Source: a virus (lineage: Duplodnaviria; Caudoviricetes). Taken from it: DNA of 59,435 bases. A program made the translations under genes and the position numbers. Shown in pieces: positions 55,554 through 59,435 of this stretch. The DNA lies in the IMG/VR virus record IMGVR_UViG_3300020401_000018, positions 1-59,435 of that record; one strand, 5' to 3'. How positions within the stretch are numbered: position 1 is the first letter of the stretch; every line of letters starts with the position of its first letter. The notes below the pieces were generated by a model, which saw nothing but the letters and a program-made list of their open reading frames with translations, made no database searches and had not been told where the DNA came from.

Positions 55554-57060
55554 AGATCAGACATTGTGGGTTTATTGCGGTTTAGACTGCACACTAACTC
55601 ACGAGATATGGACTAAGATAGAAAAAGATTTAGGTAAGAATGATCATGATTATAGGAAAACATATCAATTTGAATTGGATATGTTGAAACCTGCTATGCA
55701 CATGATGTTGAGGGGGTTAAAGGTAGATGAGAAGACAGTAGGCAAACTCAAAGCCCCCCTTGTCTCGTCCCGTGTAAAGCTTGAGCGTATGTTACATTTG
55801 TTTGCTAATGCAGTATGGGATAAAGATCTTAATCATAATAGTCCTACTCAGCTTAAAAGTTTTTTATATGAGTGGTTGGGATTACCGCCAGTTATATCTT
55901 ACGTAAAGGGTAAACAAAAAGTATCTACAGATAAAGAAGCACTCGAGCATTTAATACAAGAGTATCCTAGAGCTAGGCCTTTTTGCAGGACTATACTTGC
56001 GTTAAGAGATATTGACAAGCAGCTAAACATATTGAACTGTAAACGAGATCGTGATGGAAGAGTCAGATGTTCTTTTAAAGTTGCAGGAACTGAGACTGGT
56101 AGATGGGCTAGTTCAGAAAGTCCTTGGGGCACTGGCACTAATTTACAAAATATCACAAAGGATATGCGTGAAATATTTGTACCCGATGGGGACAATGTTT
56201 TATTTTATGCAGACCTAGAGCAAGCCGAGTCGAGAGTAACTGCTTACGTTGCAGGCGATCAGGGGTATATAAATGCTTGCGAAGGAGAAGACTTACACAC
56301 ACAAGTAGTTAAAATGGTGTGGCCAAATATGGGCTGGTCATCTGACCCTGTGCAAAACAGAGAGTTAGCAGACCGTCCGTACATTGGCCACTTCAGTTAC
56401 AGAGACATGTGTAAGCGAGCAGGGCATGGTACTAATTATGGATTGTCAGCCACTTCATTGGGCAGACATCTTAAAATTAAGTTATCTCATGCTACAAGGT
56501 TTCAACTACTTTATTACGGAGGAGTAGTTGCTTTGGCATCTCTTGAGAGATGGCATAAACAGGACAGAGAAGGAGGCTTCCAAGAACTGATTGATGGGGG
56601 CACGGTTCTAGGGTCAGGCCCTTCCTCTCTCGTTCGTATCGAAGGGGCATTCCCTGGAATCCGAAAGTGGCACAGTGCTATTGCTAATCAGCTTAAGGAA
56701 AGTGGTGCGTTAACTACTCCATTAGGTCGTCGCAGACAGTTTTGGGGACGCACGGAAGAAGGCACTACCTTACGCAAAGCAATTGCATATGTGCCACAAT
56801 CTACTATTGGAGATCTATTAAATCTTGGTTTATACAGAGTGTGGAATGAACTTAAAGATGATAACGTAGAGATACTAGGGCAAGTACACGATGCTATATT
56901 GGGACAGTTTCCAAAAGATAAAGCAGATGTAGTTGTTCCTAAAATTTTAAATTGTATGAAGAACCCTCTTGAAGTAAATGGTAGACAAATGATAATACCA
57001 TCAGACTGTGAGATTGGTGTCAATTGGAAGGATATGAAAAAGTATGTTGGTAACAGATAA
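55507..57060 (+). CDS. polA: DNA polymerase family A, ExoIII plus polymerase domain
   Basis: YCGLD; TETGRWAS; NLQNI; DLEQAESR (motif A); KRAGHGTNYG (B); QVHDA (C). Confidence 0.95.
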   Translation: MQIIKNTEISQKSLSKDQTLWVYCGLDCTLTHEIWTKIEKDLGKNDHDYRKTYQFELDMLKPAMHMMLRGLKVDEKTVGKLKAPLVSSRVKLERMLHLFANAVWDKDLNHNSPTQLKSFLYEWLGLPPVISYVKGKQKVSTDKEALEHLIQEYPRARPFCRTILALRDIDKQLNILNCKRDRDGRVRCSFKVAGTETGRWASSESPWGTGTNLQNITKDMREIFVPDGDNVLFYADLEQAESRVTAYVAGDQGYINACEGEDLHTQVVKMVWPNMGWSSDPVQNRELADRPYIGHFSYRDMCKRAGHGTNYGLSATSLGRHLKIKLSHATRFQLLYYGGVVALASLERWHKQDREGGFQELIDGGTVLGSGPSSLVRIEGAFPGIRKWHSAIANQLKESGALTTPLGRRRQFWGRTEEGTTLRKAIAYVPQSTIGDLLNLGLYRVWNELKDDNVEILGQVHDAILGQFPKDKADVVVPKILNCMKNPLEVNGRQMIIPSDCEIGVNWKDMKKYVGNR

Positions 57061-57709
57061 TGCTTTGCCAGAAGACGATAGACTAAAGTTAATTAACAGT
57101 TTATCTTTTCAGACTATGATACATAAATCTGATTATAATTGGTGGGACGGCTGGTGGTCATGTCCTCCTAGAAATCAAGTTGAACAGACGATATATAAAC
57201 TTTGGAGTCCTCACTTAGATGGACACAATGATGGAGGTGGTTTTGAATATTGGTCTAGAGAATGTTCAGATATACATGAAGGATTAGCTTGGCATCAAGA
57301 TACTGATGAATCTTTTTACTACTCAGATAAATACAATATAGCCACAGCTTCAATGGTTTACTATCCCATTGTAGATAATTTACTTGGAGGATCATTTGAG
57401 GTATACCCATATGATGAAAGAGAAAAGTTATTAGATGTTAGAAAATATTTACAGTATGCAAATGACATAGAGAAAGAAGTTATTAGAGCTATCCAAAATA
57501 GAGTAGTTATATATGATTCAGCAAGGGTACACAGGATTAGTCCTATGTACAGAGGGTACAGAAAAAATTTAGTTGCTAGCTTCTGGGCAGTCAAACCAGA
57601 AGGCTTTGCAAAATCAGAAAATTTAAAACAGGAATCTACTCAAGAAGATCCTTTTTGGGAAGTAGTTCCAGCAACTTGGGAGGAAAAATATGAAAAAGAT
57701 CTTAATTAA
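57044..57709 (+). CDS. 2OG-Fe(II) oxygenase
   Basis: WHQD...VYYP...GG...NRVVIYD...HRISP...RKNL. Confidence 0.85.
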   Translation: MLVTDNALPEDDRLKLINSLSFQTMIHKSDYNWWDGWWSCPPRNQVEQTIYKLWSPHLDGHNDGGGFEYWSRECSDIHEGLAWHQDTDESFYYSDKYNIATASMVYYPIVDNLLGGSFEVYPYDEREKLLDVRKYLQYANDIEKEVIRAIQNRVVIYDSARVHRISPMYRGYRKNLVASFWAVKPEGFAKSENLKQESTQEDPFWEVVPATWEEKYEKDLN

Positions 57710-57929
57710 CAATAATAAGGATTATCCTTTTACTGTGTACGAAGATAAGAATAAAACATTATGTCACGGTGTAGAGATAGAGGGTCCTTGTAAGATTAGT
57801 CATAAAGAAAGAGACGGTTCTATCTGGCTAGAGACTGAGGCAAAGGTGGTTAAACTAGTTAACATACCTACAGAAAATATTGATTTTAAAAAAATAGGTG
57901 ATATAATAGACATTACATCAGATGAGTAG
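57690..57929 (+). CDS. Hypothetical protein
   Basis: CHGVEIEGPCKI...WLET. Confidence 0.75.
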   Translation: MKKILINNNKDYPFTVYEDKNKTLCHGVEIEGPCKISHKERDGSIWLETEAKVVKLVNIPTENIDFKKIGDIIDITSDE

Positions 57930-59199
57930 AAACTACAGAGATTTTAGTGAGGCATGTATTGATGCCATAAAGGATAGTCCTATACCTCAGCCTTTTGCTA
58001 GATGGAGTGCACTGAGTGCAGTTGCTGGCGCTATGGGTAGAAGAGTGTGGTATCCTATGGCTAACTATGACATACGTTCAAACTTATTTGTAGTATTGAT
58101 TGCCCCTCCTGGCAGAAATAAATCAGTTAGTTTAATTTTACCTTTTAGTAGAGTGTTTAGTAGACTTACTACACCAGTGGGTACTAGTGAAGATGATCAG
58201 AATTTTAATTCAGGATTAGACCAGTATGGTTTGCGTAAGTATCCTTTGTACTCTATACAAGATAGAATCACACCAGAAAAACTTGCAGTAGATATGACAA
58301 AGGTCACAAGACTTGACCTAAGAATTGCAACCCCAGCGGCGGATGAGTTTTATGATTCGTCTTTAACTTTAGTTACGTCAGAGTTTGGTACCTTTATGAG
58401 CAGGCATGAAAGATATTTACAGATGTTCTTAACTGATATGTGGGATTCTAAAATGGAATATAGCCATAAGACTAAGACGGCAGGTGAATACGTTATTAAA
58501 GGCCCATGCCTTAATTGGCTAGCTTGTGCAACACCTGAACAATTTGTAGATAATCTGCCTGAAGATGCAAGATCACAAGGTTTGTTATCTCGTATGTTAC
58601 CCATATATTATGAGGGTGATCGCATACCACAGAGTCTTTTGCAAAAAAGAATAAGTGATAATACTGTTAATAATTTAGTACAAGATCTATCTGATATTGC
58701 TAAGATGTATGGGCCTATGCAGTTTGATAAAGATGCATTTGATTACGTAGAAGAAGATATACATAATGGTATACCGCCAGAGCCTACTGATAATCATTTG
58801 TCTGAATATGTACAACGTAGGGTATCTCACTTTATAAAGATTGCTATGGCTGTCTCTGCTTCAAGGAGGGGCACCAGAAAGATAATGAAAGAAGACTGGG
58901 ACACAACAAAAGAAATTATGTTTGACGCAGAAGCGGCTATGCCTAAAGCCTTGGAAGGATTTGGTATGGGTAGGACTGGTCGTATTGCGCACGATATGGT
59001 TACTTGGTTGCATGGTACATTGTTTAATAATGGCAGAAGTCATATGCTTCTTAAGTTATTTAAAAGAGAATTGTTAAGAAAGGTTCCTAACCCTGGAGAA
59101 TTAGAGCAAACTATTAAAGCTATGGAAGATTCTGGTTATATAAAAGTAGAAGGTAATATAGTTTTTCCTGTGGAAAAACGATTTAAATCTGGACAGTAA
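57922..59199 (+). CDS. DUF3987/YfjI-like AAA+ helicase
   Basis: NLFVVLIAPPGRNKS; TPEKL; SEFG; LTDMWD; GLLSR; winged-helix-like C-terminus. Confidence 0.75.
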   Translation: MSRNYRDFSEACIDAIKDSPIPQPFARWSALSAVAGAMGRRVWYPMANYDIRSNLFVVLIAPPGRNKSVSLILPFSRVFSRLTTPVGTSEDDQNFNSGLDQYGLRKYPLYSIQDRITPEKLAVDMTKVTRLDLRIATPAADEFYDSSLTLVTSEFGTFMSRHERYLQMFLTDMWDSKMEYSHKTKTAGEYVIKGPCLNWLACATPEQFVDNLPEDARSQGLLSRMLPIYYEGDRIPQSLLQKRISDNTVNNLVQDLSDIAKMYGPMQFDKDAFDYVEEDIHNGIPPEPTDNHLSEYVQRRVSHFIKIAMAVSASRRGTRKIMKEDWDTTKEIMFDAEAAMPKALEGFGMGRTGRIAHDMVTWLHGTLFNNGRSHMLLKLFKRELLRKVPNPGELEQTIKAMEDSGYIKVEGNIVFPVEKRFKSGQ

Positions 59200-59435
59200 A
59201 AATGAAAAATGTTATAATACAAACTTACCCAAATTTTAGAAAGGACTGCACATGAGCAACACACTTCCGACTGAGTATCAGCAATTCATACATACATCTA
59301 GATATGCTAGATATTTAGATGAAGAAAATAGAAGAGAGACTTGGACTGAAACAGTTGGTCGTTATTTTGATTATATGTCAGAGCATCTAAAGAAAAATTA
59401 TAAATATAATTTAGATTCTACATTGCGACATGAGT
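59135..59435. repeat. Terminal overlap, copy 2; includes partial second copy of nrdJ from 59252
   Basis: 289 of 301 nt identical to 1-301. Confidence 0.97.

Noticed and set aside
1-59435. tRNA genes, integrase, DGR/reverse transcriptase, alternative genetic code
   Set aside because: No T-loop/cloverleaf, recombinase or RT motifs seen by eye; ORFs tile the genome under the standard code.

Overview
This window is an essentially complete (about 59.1 kb, circularly assembled) AT-rich tailed dsDNA phage genome with podovirus-type architecture. Bases 1-301 recur at 59135-59435 with 12 substitutions. It has two divergent arms. The minus arm (41375 down to 5432) carries terminases, portal, many small basic proteins, an ATE-like aminoacyl-transferase, Hsp20, GroES, the capsid and tail genes, and a 2860-aa polyvalent virion protein with lysozyme-like, zincin and ADP-ribosyltransferase-like motifs. 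The plus arm (41984 to 59199, continuing 118-5448) carries early genes, an amidoligase/GATase/GGCT/peptidase set, six 2OG-Fe(II) oxygenases, a Sak4-type recombination module, a family A DNA polymerase split inside its exonuclease domain, a DUF3987-type helicase, a class II RNR and a holin. I recognised no RNA polymerase, integrase, primase, stand-alone endolysin, tRNA or CRISPR; transcription appears to rely on near-consensus sigma70 promoters. The most interesting signals are non-coding: (i) a perfect alphaproteobacterial Irr/ICE iron box, an alpha-type LexA box and paired TGCCA-N3-TGGCA palindromes clustered before the first early promoter; (ii) about 30 copies of GGGGGCA genome-wide; (iii) an origin-like element of converging 11-bp-phased repeats, followed by a promoter-driven ~320-nt structured RNA candidate; (iv) a ROSE-like thermometer upstream of hsp20. 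The host is inferred to be a low-GC, probably marine, alphaproteobacterium. All calls are by-eye motif recognition; no searches were run.
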